Shown piece after piece: positions 28,332-40,525 of a stretch of 64,000 nt of DNA (positions are counted from its first letter, which is position 1; each line of letters begins with the position of its first letter). Source of the stretch: Octopus sinensis (Eukaryota); contig NC_043006.1 in NCBI RefSeq assembly GCF_006345805.1, positions 62,620,001 through 62,684,000 on the forward strand. Direction: 5' to 3'. The notes under the pieces were generated by a model. The model was not told the DNA's origin. It made no database searches and saw only the letters and a list, made by a program, of their open reading frames with translations. Both the position numbers and the translations under genes were made by a program.

Positions 28332-28739
28332 TATGTAAGTATATACGTATGTATGTATGCATGGATATATGTATGTATGTAAGTATATACGTATGTATGT
28401 ATGCATGGATATATGTATGTGTAAGCTTGTGCTTGTGTGTACGAATGTGTGTACTGGTGCGTGTATACAAACACATGTATATTTGTGTATATGTATATAG
28501 ACACACACATACATACAAATACACACATATCTAAAACATGAGATGACAGCACTAATTTGCTATGTGTATAAATACTAACTTGGTACCAGTTCAAATATAC
28601 TTGAGGCATATTCAAACCCGTTAGAAAGACATTTACTGTTTTATCATGGAAGAAATTTTCGCTGTACAAAGATAGGCTAAAATACTTCGATGCTGCCCAC
28701 TACTCACCTAACCAAAGTATGATATGCATACATATTTTT

Positions 28740-29885
28740 GATAACTCTGTTAACTTTGATAGGTTTCGGCCAGTATAAACCCAGGTCATGTCTAACTCAA
28801 TAGCACCACCTGGTGAAGTCTTTTAGTCATACATGGGTCGCCATAGCCCACTCTAACAAAGAGTCATTATTGTTGGAGATATATCCGGGTGTAGGCGGTT
28901 GGTCCGAGGTTCTTTTAAGAAATTTGTCCAGTAAATATTTGAATTTTAAGGGGTCCCTATCCGTTTTCACGTATTTTGTTATGGTATTAAAGAGAGCTGG
29001 ACCGGTTGAGGTAAAGTAATTGTGGCGTAATGTTGTTATGTGTCCCGAGTTCGATTTTTGTAGCGGGACGGATAGCACGGGGGCCAAGTCTTGGATGTAT
29101 TTTTAAATTGATGCGAACATCATTTGTGCAATATTGATGAAATATTTTCCACATAATACAAATGATGTAGCACTCCCGGCGGTGTTGCTATGGACCTCTG
29201 GAGTGCCTCTACTTTCATAATGAGTTGTTTCGTATGGGTGGACCACAGTAGGCAACAGTACTCAAAGTAGGGTCGGGAAAAAGTAGAGCAGAGAAGGATG
29301 ATTGTGCAGGCATCTCTAGACCGGAAAGTTCTCAGAATCCAGGAGTACATCTTGCGGGCCAGGTCAACCTTCCTGTTTACGTGGGAATTCCAACTTAGAT
29401 TGTTATCAACAATCACTCCTAGATCTCTGGTATTGTTGGATGAATATAGGGAGTTGCCCGAGGGAAGAGCATCTGTTAATTTCAGAGTTTCCTCCTTCCG
29501 AAAGTGGATCAAATCAAACTTATCTTCATTTAAAAGCAGAATGTTTATTTTCTTCTGCCAATTGGACGATAACAAGCAGATCTGACTGAAGGCATGTTCG
29601 GTCTCTCATGCCGTTTATGGCTTTCTGGAATTTGGAATCATCTGCGAAGATTTTCAATGTAGAATGTTTGATGACATCTGCTTTGTCGTTGATGTAAATA
29701 ATGAAGAAGAGTGGGCCCGACACTGCACCTTGTGGGACAACACTACTGGCTTTCGCTGAGCTGGATCGTATTCCCTGAAACACAACATATTGGTTTCTAT
29801 TCATGAGGAAACACTTTACCTACTGTAGAAGCTTTCTATTGACCCCAACGTTGGACAATTTCTTCAGCAGGATCTTGGGGTCCGA
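28740..29885 (-). mobile_element. 5'-truncated CR1/L2-group LINE (RT C-terminal half to 3' end), degenerate
   Basis: SSVVPQGAVSGPLFFIIYIND...LKIFADDSK...LQSDL...LLNEDKF...DLGVIVDNNLSWNSHV...RPYFEYCCLLWS...PPTPGY. Contains an internal deletion of roughly 70 bp relative to the copy at 31190-32458. Confidence 0.9.
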
Positions 29886-30334
29886 GTGATTTTTTCACTT
29901 TAGTCACAGAGACCAGAAAGGGAGCGGTGTGAACTGATTCAGTTTGTGGGCACCTATCTTATTACAGTGAGAAACACAATGAAAGGTTTTCTTACGTGTT
30001 CCTCTATGCCTCAAGCATATTTTAACTGGTAACAAGTTTATATTTATATATACGCGTACTCATTTGTAGGTAGTGGGTAGCGATTTTCTTCACTACTTCA
30101 AGGAGTGACGACCCAAATTGACACGAGTTCCGGGCTCACCTGGAATAACCAGACATGATTATTTTATGCGCAACTCCATTGTCTCCTGAGACAAAAGAAT
30201 GCCAACAACAACAGCTCAATATGTGCACATATACATGTATGAAAATGTATATACATACAAGCAGAGAGACCCAAATATACATATATATTGGGGTGTATGT
30301 ACGTACGTATGTATGTATATGTAATATATAATAT

Positions 30335-30373
<39 letters not shown>

Positions 30374-31001
30374 TATATATATGTATATTATATATGTATA
30401 ATATATATATGTATATATATATATATATATATGTAACTATATATAATGTATATACTATATATGTATATATATATATATAATTATGTATATATATATATAT
30501 CTATGTAATATATATCTATATATATGTTATATATATTATATAACTTAAACGCATATACAAGCACCACATACACACACATGCATGTGAGAAAGAGAAAGGT
30601 AGATACATCATACATACATACATACATACATATATACATACGTATATATAATGATAATATACCATCTGTATCAAATACTTGAAAGCAAATAACTATGCCG
30701 TATAACTATGCCTTATATCTATGCAATATCACTATAACTATATGCCTTATAACTAGTTGATATCACTACAACTATACCTGTAACATTCTATAGAGAGAAA
30801 GCAAGTGCTGGTAATATTTCACATTACACACAGACATAGATTATATGTAGAAGGAGTTTCGACGCTTCTGTCCAACAATACATATGTATAAGTATACTCT
30901 AGGGCGGTTCTGTTCACTTATTCTAGGCTATCTTGAACTTCTAAAAGTAATATATAATTATACATAATTTAGAATATCGTAATTTCACACACACACACAC
31001 T

Positions 31002-31032
<31 letters not shown>

Positions 31033-31121
31033 GTAGAGAGAGAGATATATCCATATATTATAATATTCATACATGTAGGTATATATGCAAAGAGGTATAT
31101 CTATATATATTATATAATATA

Positions 31122-31159
<38 letters not shown>

Positions 31160-31189
31160 TATATATATTATATATAGATATTACTTCGT

Positions 31190-32458
31190 TGATACTTGTG
31201 ATAGGTTTCGGCCATTATTGGCCCAGGCCACGTCTAACTTAATAGCACCACCTGGTGAAGTCTTTCAAGTCAGAATTTGGGCACTATGGCCCACTCAAGT
31301 AGAGAGTTATTGTTTACAGAGACATATCCGGGTGTAGGGGGTTTATCCGGGATTTCTTGAAGGAATCTGTCCAAAGACTTCTTGAACCCTATAGGGTCAG
31401 TTTCTGTTTTAATGTGTTTTGGGTGTAATGTTAAAGAGAGCGGGGCCAATTGAGGTGAAATAATGTGCCGTATTGTTGTTATGAGATGAGAGTGCGATTT
31501 TTGTTTGGGCGGATGGCACGGGGCCCAAGCCTTGGATGTACCTTAAAGGTGATGCCAACATCATTTGGGCAATGCTGATGGAATATTTTCCACATCATGC
31601 AGATGATGTAGCGCTCACGACGACGTGGAGAGAATAGAGTTTTAGCTTTTCTAGTCGACCCCAATAGTAGAGGCCTGTCATGCCATCTATCTTTTTTGTG
31701 ATTGCCCTTTGAGGTGCTTCAACTTTTATGAACCTTCTATTGTGTGGGGAGACCACAGTGGACAACAGTATTCAATGTGGGGTCGGGCAAAAGTGGAGAA
31801 GAGAAGGATAATGGTGTGGATATCTCTCGACTGAAAGTTCTGAGATCCAGGAACACATTCTGCGGGCCATGTCAACTTTGGTGTTTATATGAGTGGCCCA
31901 GCTTATGTTGTTGTCCACAATTACTCCCAAGTCTCTGATGTGTTTGGACGCCGCGAGAGTTTCCCTGAAGGAAGGAGTATGGGAGTTTCAGGGCATCCTC
32001 TTTTCCAAAGTGGATTAGCTCAAATTTATCCTCGTTCAGCAGCATATTGTTTTTTTCTGCCCATTGGATAACAGCCAGTAGATCTGATTGAAGGCATGTC
32101 CGGTCACTCGCCTCATTTATGACCTTCTGTAGCTTGGAGTCATCTGCAAAGATTTTTATGTTGCTGTGCTTGATGATGTCATTTAATGTCATTAATGTAA
32201 ATGATGAATAGAAAAGAAGTGGGCCCAGCACAGTGCCTTGCGGAACGCCACTACTGACTTTGGCTGGGCTTGATTTTACCCCTTCAACTACAACATGTTG
32301 AGATCTGTCTGTCAGGAAACACTTGATCCATTTCAGTAACTTTCCAGAGACAACCAATGTGGATAGTTTTTTAATAGGATCTTGTGATCGACCCTGTCGA
32401 AGGCCTTACTGAAATCAAGGTAGATGACATCGGTGTTGGAGCCCTCTCCCAAAGCTCT
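31190..32458 (-). mobile_element. Second 5'-truncated CR1/L2-group LINE, related subfamily
   Basis: DVIYLDFSKAFDRVDHKILLK...VSSGVPQGTVLGPLLF...KIFADDSKLQ...RPHIEYCCPLWSP...RRRERY...DKPPTPGY, with frameshifts. Confidence 0.92.
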
Positions 32459-32492
32459 CAATATATATATATATATTATATATATTAATATA

Positions 32493-32532
<40 letters not shown>

Positions 32533-32540
32533 ATATATAC

Positions 32541-32638
<98 letters not shown>

Positions 32639-32790
32639 GTGTGTGAGTGTGTTTTAGTAATATATATATATATATTGTATAAATATATATATAATATGAT
32701 ACGCATCATGTTTTAATTTTGTACTTACAAAAGGTAATCAATTCATATTAACCAGTAATGTAACAGCAATTGTTTTTTCTGCATTGACAG

Positions 32791-32829
32791 AAATACTTAC
32801 ACTTAGTATTGACGGCAAGCCTGACATTT
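32791..32829 (+). CDS. Candidate exon ((E)ILTLSIDGKPDI.)
   Basis: Acceptor ttttttctgcattgacag| and donor t|gtagta; phase 1->1, compatible with 33102-33181. Confidence 0.22.
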
Positions 32830-33101
32830 GTAGTATCAAAGTTCTAGTTATGTGTTGTTTCAGTAGAACAAAATATTTTCAACCATAATTTGCCTCTTAA
32901 TCGAGTTCTGTGAAATGTCAAAATAAATTAAATGTTTCTCCATATAAATTAAGCGTAATATAAAACAGAACATGTTGAAAAATATAATCACAGTGCTCTG
33001 TATAATACTTTGATAATATGTGTAGCTTGTTCACTGGCAGATATAGCGTTACTTTCTTGTTGTTTTTTTATTTTGTTTTCTGTTAATTTCCCCCTGTGTA
33101 G

Positions 33102-33181
33102 ATGATAAATACTTAGCAGAGTTTTCAGTTCTGTTTTACACAGACTTAACTAAATTCATAGATTTCCAGATGCCAAGTAAT
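33102..33181 (+). CDS. Candidate exon (.DKYLAEFSVLFYTDLTKFIDFQMPSN); an internal alternative acceptor is possible
   Basis: Strong acceptor ttttctgttaatttccccctgtgtag| and donor aat|gtatgt. Only phase 1 is open, and it ends in phase 0. Confidence 0.3.
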
Positions 33182-33229
33182 GTATGTGAAACTTTTTCAT
33201 TCAGCAACTTTGTGAGAAAGCAAGAAGTA

Positions 33230-33297
<68 letters not shown>

Positions 33298-33559
33298 TGT
33301 TATTATTATTACTGTTCTTGTTGTTGTTACCATTATTATTATCATTATTTGAATCGATCTGAGGTTACCATTAGCATTAATCTTTCAGATGCTTACATAA
33401 TATACTAGTTTTGATACCCGAAAATATGACCGTGTTTTAGGAATCATTACAAATTCATGACATGAATATCGTAGAATAGCACAGATTTTTAGCCAGACGT
33501 CTTCGTGACAACACATTTTATACTCAAATGGAATTACTTTCCTTTTTTCCGCATTGCAG

Positions 33560-33616
33560 AAACCATTGGAAACGGAATATACCTCAGAATATCCTGCTAA
33601 GCAATCTTGTTTGCCG
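33560..33616 (+). CDS. Candidate 57-nt exon KPLETEYTSEYPAKQSCLP of an unidentified protein
   Basis: Strong acceptor cttttttccgcattgcag| and donor ccg|gtaggt; symmetric phase-0 exon with protein-like composition. Confidence 0.45.
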
Positions 33617-35393
33617 GTAGGTTCAATTTTTATATTGTTTTTGTTCGAACTAATCTAAGTGTAATTTTTTTTTTCTCTCTATGTGTGACATATCTATGGA
33701 GAAAATCCAATCTTCTGTATGTGGTGATTCTAGTTTGTCTAAGTTGCGAAAATTCCAGTATATTATAAGTATGAATCAATGTGCTATTTACTTGTTAGAT
33801 GCAATTTGATATGGAGATTGTAGGAGTAGCACAAATGATTAGTTAAACTGTTCATGCTTCGTATAAATTGTTTTCCAATATTTATTCGGTATCTTTATCT
33901 TTGAACTCAAATCGTAACCAGTTCTCCTTACCTCTCATCCTTTCATGGGTCTACAGAATAATTGCCACCGAACATTTTCTTGATCCCCAATAAGAGGGAG
34001 GAAAGAGTGCCCAAGGTTTTTGCCGTATGTTCTAGACATGCAGTTTTGAAGCCATATAGTTATTACACTGGAATTTTTGTAACTCAGCATCTGCAAAACA
34101 AATGAGCCAAAAGTTCTGGGTTAGAAAGACTGAGAGACATGGTATTTGCACACGACAGTGATGGTGTGGAATAATATGTGAGGATTTTGAATGAGCCTAC
34201 CCAATTCCGAGGAGTACAGCATCATAAAAGTTGTAGAAACATTACACCGAATCAATGAATGGAGAAAATCTATGAGTAACCTCCTGCGCTCTTATTCTGG
34301 ATGAGGTCTAAAAGGACTTCATGTGCACTTTTTTGCGGATCTCGCCTCAGCTTTGTAGAGCATCAGTAACTGAGAACAGGTGAATTATCATATGGCCCTA
34401 AAGCGAAGGGTCGGTTGTTTGGATGCGGTTCTCTATAGGATCTATATTCTCTGATATAAATCCTCCGAAATACTGAGGCAAACAGCAGGATTCGTCTTAA
34501 AAGTTTTAACCTTCTGCGTTTTCTATTTGCTGCTTTCTCAGTTTTTCCGTGTTTCTTCTTGCGCTAAAATAGCTGTGCATCTATTTACTTTGAACAAAAA
34601 TTCAAAATACCAAATTATGAAACACATAAACACTTTCTTACCTATAACCTAAATCTACAAACTCAAGATAACAGCCAGATGTATGAGCTGTGCATTTTGA
34701 AATTTGACATCAGAATGGACTAAAGCAGAACAAAAGGAGCCACAGGTGATAGAGAATCGCTGAAGATGTCACAGAATATGCGATGAAATATTTGGAAAGA
34801 GAACGAAAAAACGGGGAGAGAAAAGATATGTAGGGATTTATAAACACACACACAGAAACACACTCATACACACACACACGCGCGCGCACACGCACACATA
34901 CACACACATACATATATGTATATTACTGTGAAATATCCGGGTGGATACATGGCAGTTCTCCGTTATGCTCCATGTTACGGCTAACCGCATCGATTAATAT
35001 TTAAGGTCTATGACTAGTAGGAGTTGTCACTCAAGCTTTAAATTCCTCCGATGGATGGCTACCCCGTCCTCACTTATTTTTCAATGGTACATTTTGGTTT
35101 AAAAATTAATGCTTAAAATTCGATCCTGAAGAATGTTGTAAAATTCCGAGTCCACCTCACTGGATGTAAGAACTATCTGGAGTCTATATGAGCAATAATT
35201 ATGACAATAGAAATATTGAGGCAGGTACATCCCCAAAATTTATTTCCTTTTATTTAACAATGTTGCACGTATACGTGTGTGTGTGTGTGTGTGTGTGCGT
35301 CTGTCTATATGTCTGTCTATCACTCTCTTTGTGTGTGTGCGTGTATGTGTCCACATGAGTGTGTATGTGGTATTTATATACATGTATATATAT

Positions 35394-35435
<42 letters not shown>

Positions 35436-36725
35436 TTTTACATATATTGTTTACGTATGTATGTGTATGTATATATATTATGTTTCTTTTGTTGTTGCTA
35501 TTCTTTTTGCTTTAGCTATTGTTGACGTTGTTTTTGTTCAGTGTTATATATTTTTTGTCTTTCTTGGGACGAGAGTCATCAGTAAACTTTTGGTGATTTT
35601 TTTTATAATTATCTTTGTTCTTTGTTGTTGCTTGAAGTTAGTTTTCATACAACTTCTTTCAGATGGAATTTTAAACTCTTTTTATTAAATCATAGTATAC
35701 CATTGAAAAATAGAGGTGGGGGGCGTTATCATAAAATCTTTCTTTTGGCTATCCCGTTATCGTACCACTTGTCTTCAACGTCCCCTGAATATTTCCACCG
35801 CCACTTCAAGTATTACTGAGTATATCAAGAGTAATGATTTTATTGTAGCTTTATAAACTGTATAATACTTAAATTTGAAGTGCTTTGTTCAAAATACCGT
35901 TATTAATGCTTTTGTCATTCTCATTAGTTTTCTGATGTTGTTCATTTTGAAACATATCGCAATAAGTCTACTGGATAAATAAAACGTATAAATGCCAATT
36001 TCCCTTCGTATGGAATTATTCGATACAGCATTTTGTTACCGTAGTCGATTTTTCTATTTCCATTTCAAGTGTTGTATAATATCTTTTACATTTATTCATA
36101 AACATTCAGTTTAAAGCTTATCTTTTCTACACGTCACTGTAGAACGTCGTGCCGTTTATATATTTATATGTTTACGATTTTTCCCCTCTCAAATAACTTT
36201 CTGTGAAGCCATTTAATATTTATAATCTAACGTTCCTGGTATTTCACTTCACGTATATTGCTTTAAATTAAACGGGCAGAACAACTTATTCATTGTCATT
36301 CAATAACAACTAAATTAACAAGCAGCTGGTTAGATGTCGCGACATAATTGATTAAAGGAAATCGGTTCTTATTTATTTACAAATAAGTTGTAAAAGTTGT
36401 GAGTTCCATATTCATATATTGAAATACTTTATATTAGGTATTTAACTTCAGAATATCAGGGAAGGAAATCAAAGGTATTCATTTTCACCTCATATTGTTT
36501 TGAAAGACAGCTTTTGAAGTAATTTTCTCAATACTTCAACTGTGGTGTTAGAACAATATTCGCTTTATTTCTATCAGCTTGCAGTTAGGTTGGGCAAAAT
36601 CTTAGAGTGTTTGCCAAAGTACGGGGTGGGCTTTTGCGTCCACATACATCCTAAACTTGAATCTCGACGAGATACACTGTAATCTGTTTGTTTCTTTCTG
36701 TGGTTGATAAAATAAATACAACGAA

Positions 36726-37146
36726 GGGATCTTTTCGGTTTGGACGGCAGTTTTTTCTAGAGGTGTCATATGAAATTGTCACCCATAATTATGACCCTAG
36801 TATCAATCTATTGCATTTCAATCTGTTTTAGTGTTAGGGTTAGGGTTAGGGGGAGAAGGGTGTCGTTTTTTTCTTCACAAATGTAAATAAACCCAATCTG
36901 TTTCTTAACCGAGGGGCATATTCATACGGCACTGACTGTTTTTTACCTCAATAGACGTATTTGATTGGTTGAAATTGCAGATATTGAAGAAAAAAACAAC
37001 AAATATCATACAAACTATAGAATTTTCTCAATAAAGCCAAGAGAAAAAGATGTTTTATAAACACATTCTACCAGTATACGAAGTTTAAAATTTTTTAGTT
37101 ACGTGGAAATTATCTTAAAAACTGCCGTTCAAACCGAAAAGATCCC
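36726..37146. mobile_element. Non-autonomous DNA transposon (MITE), 421 bp, with 30-bp TIRs, a 6-bp TSD (AACGAA) and internal (TTAGGG)3
   Basis: Left gggatcttttcggtttggacggcagttttt versus right aaaaactgccgttcaaaccgaaaagatccc (1 mismatch). aacgaa occurs at 36720-36725 and 37147-37152. Confidence 0.93.
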
Positions 37147-38061
37147 AACGAAGTGATGGGATTGATATAATCGACGATGCTCCTCAACAACTCAGTTTTT
37201 ATGCATGCGGTAGAAATTAGTACCATAAGCAGAAAATGTACACGTGACATATTCATTTAAGAATAAACTGTTTCAATTCCATTTTACGATCAGAAAAGTG
37301 AGTGATCAATCGTGATTTTCTACGTAACCACCATAAGGGACGAAAACCATTTGATTCTTCATCGAATGGCTTTGCTAAACTACTGCTTAAGGCGAACAAC
37401 TTCAATTAGGAAATCAGGTATTAAAAGCTAAATACAGATTATTTATGACGCTATCGCAGCTCTCTGTGTAAAATAAAGTATATTTACTGCACACATAATA
37501 ACACTGAATATTTATGGCAAAATACTTTTGAAACACCAAAACAACTTAAGTTTTAAAGTTTTAAGATAAAAGAAAAATCAATTGTTACTCCAGTAGTATC
37601 AATCATTGGTACATGCATGGTAGTATAATATCGTTCCAAGTCATGGAACCGGATTTTATTCAAGGATATAACAGTTATTGTGTTTGGTATCTGCACTTGA
37701 CATTATCCTACAGTGATAAATACCATGTTTTACGACTGTCCGTTGAATTCATTGTAAACTTCCCTTGCATTGTACAACAATTCTCTTAATGAAATTCCTT
37801 AGAACCTATATTTAGAGCTGCTTTCACGAATACATATGTTTCTGAGTCTCTGTAGATAAGAAATAAAATGTAATGTACAATAAATTCTGTGTATGTAAAA
37901 TTGTATAAAAGTAGAAACAACTGTTTAGAGAGTGGAGGAGGGCAGGCAGCCTAGGAAAATTGTCAACAATAACTACATTTGTGCGTGTGTACATACGGGT
38001 GTCTATGTATGCTGGGTCATATGTATGCCTGTATGTATGTAAGTATATATATATATATAAT

Positions 38062-38095
<34 letters not shown>

Positions 38096-38148
38096 GATAT
38101 ATATATATATATATATATACATACACATACACACATACACACGTACAT

Positions 38149-38179
<31 letters not shown>

Positions 38180-38196
38180 CATGCATACATACATAT

Positions 38197-38240
<44 letters not shown>

Positions 38241-38250
38241 GCATACATAT

Positions 38251-38285
<35 letters not shown>

Positions 38286-38304
38286 GATATATATATATAT
38301 ATAT

Positions 38305-38856
38305 AAGCCTATCTGTAAGAGTGTATGTCTGTCTATGTATGAATGTATGTATAAATTTGATCGTGTACGCTTCCATAAAGTAGGGTTATTTTACGTGTTA
38401 GTAATGCTGTAAATATTTCATGACAAAATTATACATATAGGCGCAGGAGTGGCTGTGTGGTAAGTAGCTTGCTTACGAACCACATGGTTCCGGGTTCAGT
38501 CCAACTGCGTGGCATCTTGGGCAAGTGTTTTCTGCTATAGCCCCGGGCCGACCAATGACTTGTGAGTGGATTTGGTAAACGGAAACTGAAAGAAGCCTGT
38601 CGTATACTCTTTACTCTTTTACTTGTTTCAGTCATTTGACTGCGGCCATGCTGGAGCACCGCCTTTAGTAGAGCAAATCGACCCCGGGACTATTCTTTGT
38701 AAGCCCAGTACTTATTCTATCGGTCACTTTTGCCGAACCGCTAAGTGACGGGGACGTAAACGCACCAGCATCGGTTGTCAAGCAATGCTAGGGGGACAAA
38801 TACAGACACACAAACACATACACACACATACAATATATATATACATGCATACATAT

Positions 38857-38913
<57 letters not shown>

Positions 38914-39440
38914 CCTATCTGTAAGAGTGTATGTCTGTCTATGTATGAATGTATGTATAAATTTGATCGTGTACGCTTCCATAAAGTAGGGTTATTTTAC
39001 GTGTTAGTAATGCTGTAAATATTTCATGACAAAATTATACATATAGGCGCAGGAGTGGCTGTGTGGTAAGTAGCTTGCTTACGAACCACATGGGTCCGGG
39101 TTCAGTCCAACTGCGTGGCATCTTGGGCAAGTGTTTTCTGCTATAGCCCCGGGCCGACCAATGACTTGTGAGTGGATTTGGTAAACGGAAACTGAAAGAA
39201 GCCTGTCGTATACTCTTTACTCTTTTACTTGTTTCAGTCATTTGACTGCGGCCATGCTGGAGCACCGCCTTTAGTAGAGCAAATCGACCCCGGGACTTAT
39301 TCTTTGTAAGCCCAGTACTTATTCTATCGGTCACTTTTGCCGAACCGCTAAGTGACGGGGACGTAAACGCACCAGCATCGGTTGTCAAGCAATGCTAGGG
39401 GGACAAATACAGACACACAAACACATACACACACATACAT
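38305..39440. repeat. Tandem duplication, unit ~606 bp, containing a nested SINE/SINE junction
   Basis: aagcctatctgtaagag... occurs at 38305 and 38911; the copies are nearly identical apart from microsatellite length and 1-2 differences. Confidence 0.92.
38440..38820. mobile_element. Major SINE 5' half (+, 38440-38606) interrupted by the 3' half of an inverted copy (-, 38607-38820)
   Basis: Direct match to both halves of 18943-19342. Confidence 0.9.
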
Positions 39441-39615
39441 ATATATATATACATATACACGACAGGCTTCTTTCAGTTTCCGTCTACCAAATCCATTCAC
39501 AAGGCATTGGTCGGCCCGGGGCTAAAGCAGAAGACACTTGCCCAAGATGCCACGCAGTAGGACTGAAACCGGAACCATGTGGTTGGTTAGCAAGCTACTT
39601 ACCACAGAGCCACTC
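39213..39615 (-). mobile_element. Near-full-length major SINE (about 8 nt 5'-truncated) inserted into the internal microsatellite of another copy
   Basis: Reverse complement of the consensus from the tail (ctctttactcttttac) to cttaccacagagccactc. Confidence 0.9.
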
Positions 39616-39742
39616 AGACCTTCGAAGACCGATGTGGAGAAGGGTTCCGTGCCAACGGCGGTCGAGCACGAGTCAGTTGATCCTAAGAAGCAGGCGAAAG
39701 CTTCCACGAAAGGTGCCGGATCCGTTAGTAGTAGTAGTAGTA
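39616..39742 (+). pseudogene. 28S (LSU) rRNA fragment ending in the D7a region, followed by a (TAG)5 tail; probable retrocopy
   Basis: agaccttcgaagaccgatgtggagaagggttccgtgccaacggcggtcgagcacgagtcagttgatcctaagaagcaggcgaaagc aligns gap-free with the conserved LSU segment as recalled (agaactttgaaggccgaagtggagaagggttccatgtgaacagcagttgaacatgggtcagtcggtcctgag). It shows a compensatory helix change, CATGT/ACATG -> CGTGC/GCACG. Confidence 0.88.
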
Positions 39743-40099
39743 TATAGTATATATGTATATATATATATGTGTGTATGTGTGTGTATTTGTGTGTCTCTAT
39801 TTGTCCCCCTAGCATTGCATGACAACCGATGCTGGTGTGTTTACGTCCCCGTCACCTAGCGGTTCGGCAAAAAGAGAATGATAGAATAAGTACTGGGCTT
39901 ACATGGAGTAAGTCCTGGGGTCGATTTGCTCGACTAAAGGCGGTGCTCCAGCATGGCCGCAGTCAAATGAGTGAAACAAGTAAAATAAAAAAATATTTTT
40001 ATACAAATATATTTATTTTAATATAGATATGTGTGCTTTCGTGTTGTGTGCTTGTTGGTGCAGGCATATCTCTCTCACTCTCTATCTCTCTGTCTCTCT

Positions 40100-40500
40100 C
40101 TTTAACTAGTTTCAGTCATTTGACTGCTGCCATGCTGAAGCACCGCCTTTAGTCGAGCAAATCGACCCCGGGACTTATTCTTTGTAAGCCCAGTACTTAT
40201 TCTATCGGTCTGTTTTGCCGAACCGCTTGACGGGGACCTAAACACACCAGCATCGATTATCAAGCAATGCTAGGGGGACAAACACAGACACACAAACATA
40301 TACACACATACATATATATATACATATACATACACATATATACGACAGGCTTCTTTCAGTTTCCGTCTACCAAATCCACTTACAAGGCATTGGTCGGCCT
40401 GAGTCTATAGCAGAAGACACTTGCCCAAGATGCCACGCAGTAGGACTGAACCCAGAACCATATGGCTAGTAAGCAAGCTACTTACCACACAGCCACTCCT
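40100..40500 (-). mobile_element. Major SINE, full-length, inverted
   Basis: Reverse-complement match to the consensus. Confidence 0.9.
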
Positions 40501-40525
40501 ATATATATATATATATATATATACA

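Larger units (their letters stand above)
39046..39985 (+). mobile_element. Major SINE split by nested insertions (5' half 39046-39212, 3' half ~39780-39985)
   Basis: Both halves are in the same orientation and flank an inverted SINE plus the 28S fragment. Confidence 0.85.

Noticed and set aside
31200-31235. CR1 3' end as a hammerhead (stem plus GAAAC)
   Set aside because: The CUGANGA core is absent; better explained as a LINE 3' stem-loop.
36834-36851. Telomere or chromosome-fusion scar
   Set aside because: Only three units, and they are internal to a MITE with TIRs and a TSD.
39616-39724. Functional rRNA gene
   Set aside because: Only about 110 nt with no flanking rDNA; treated as a retro-pseudogene.
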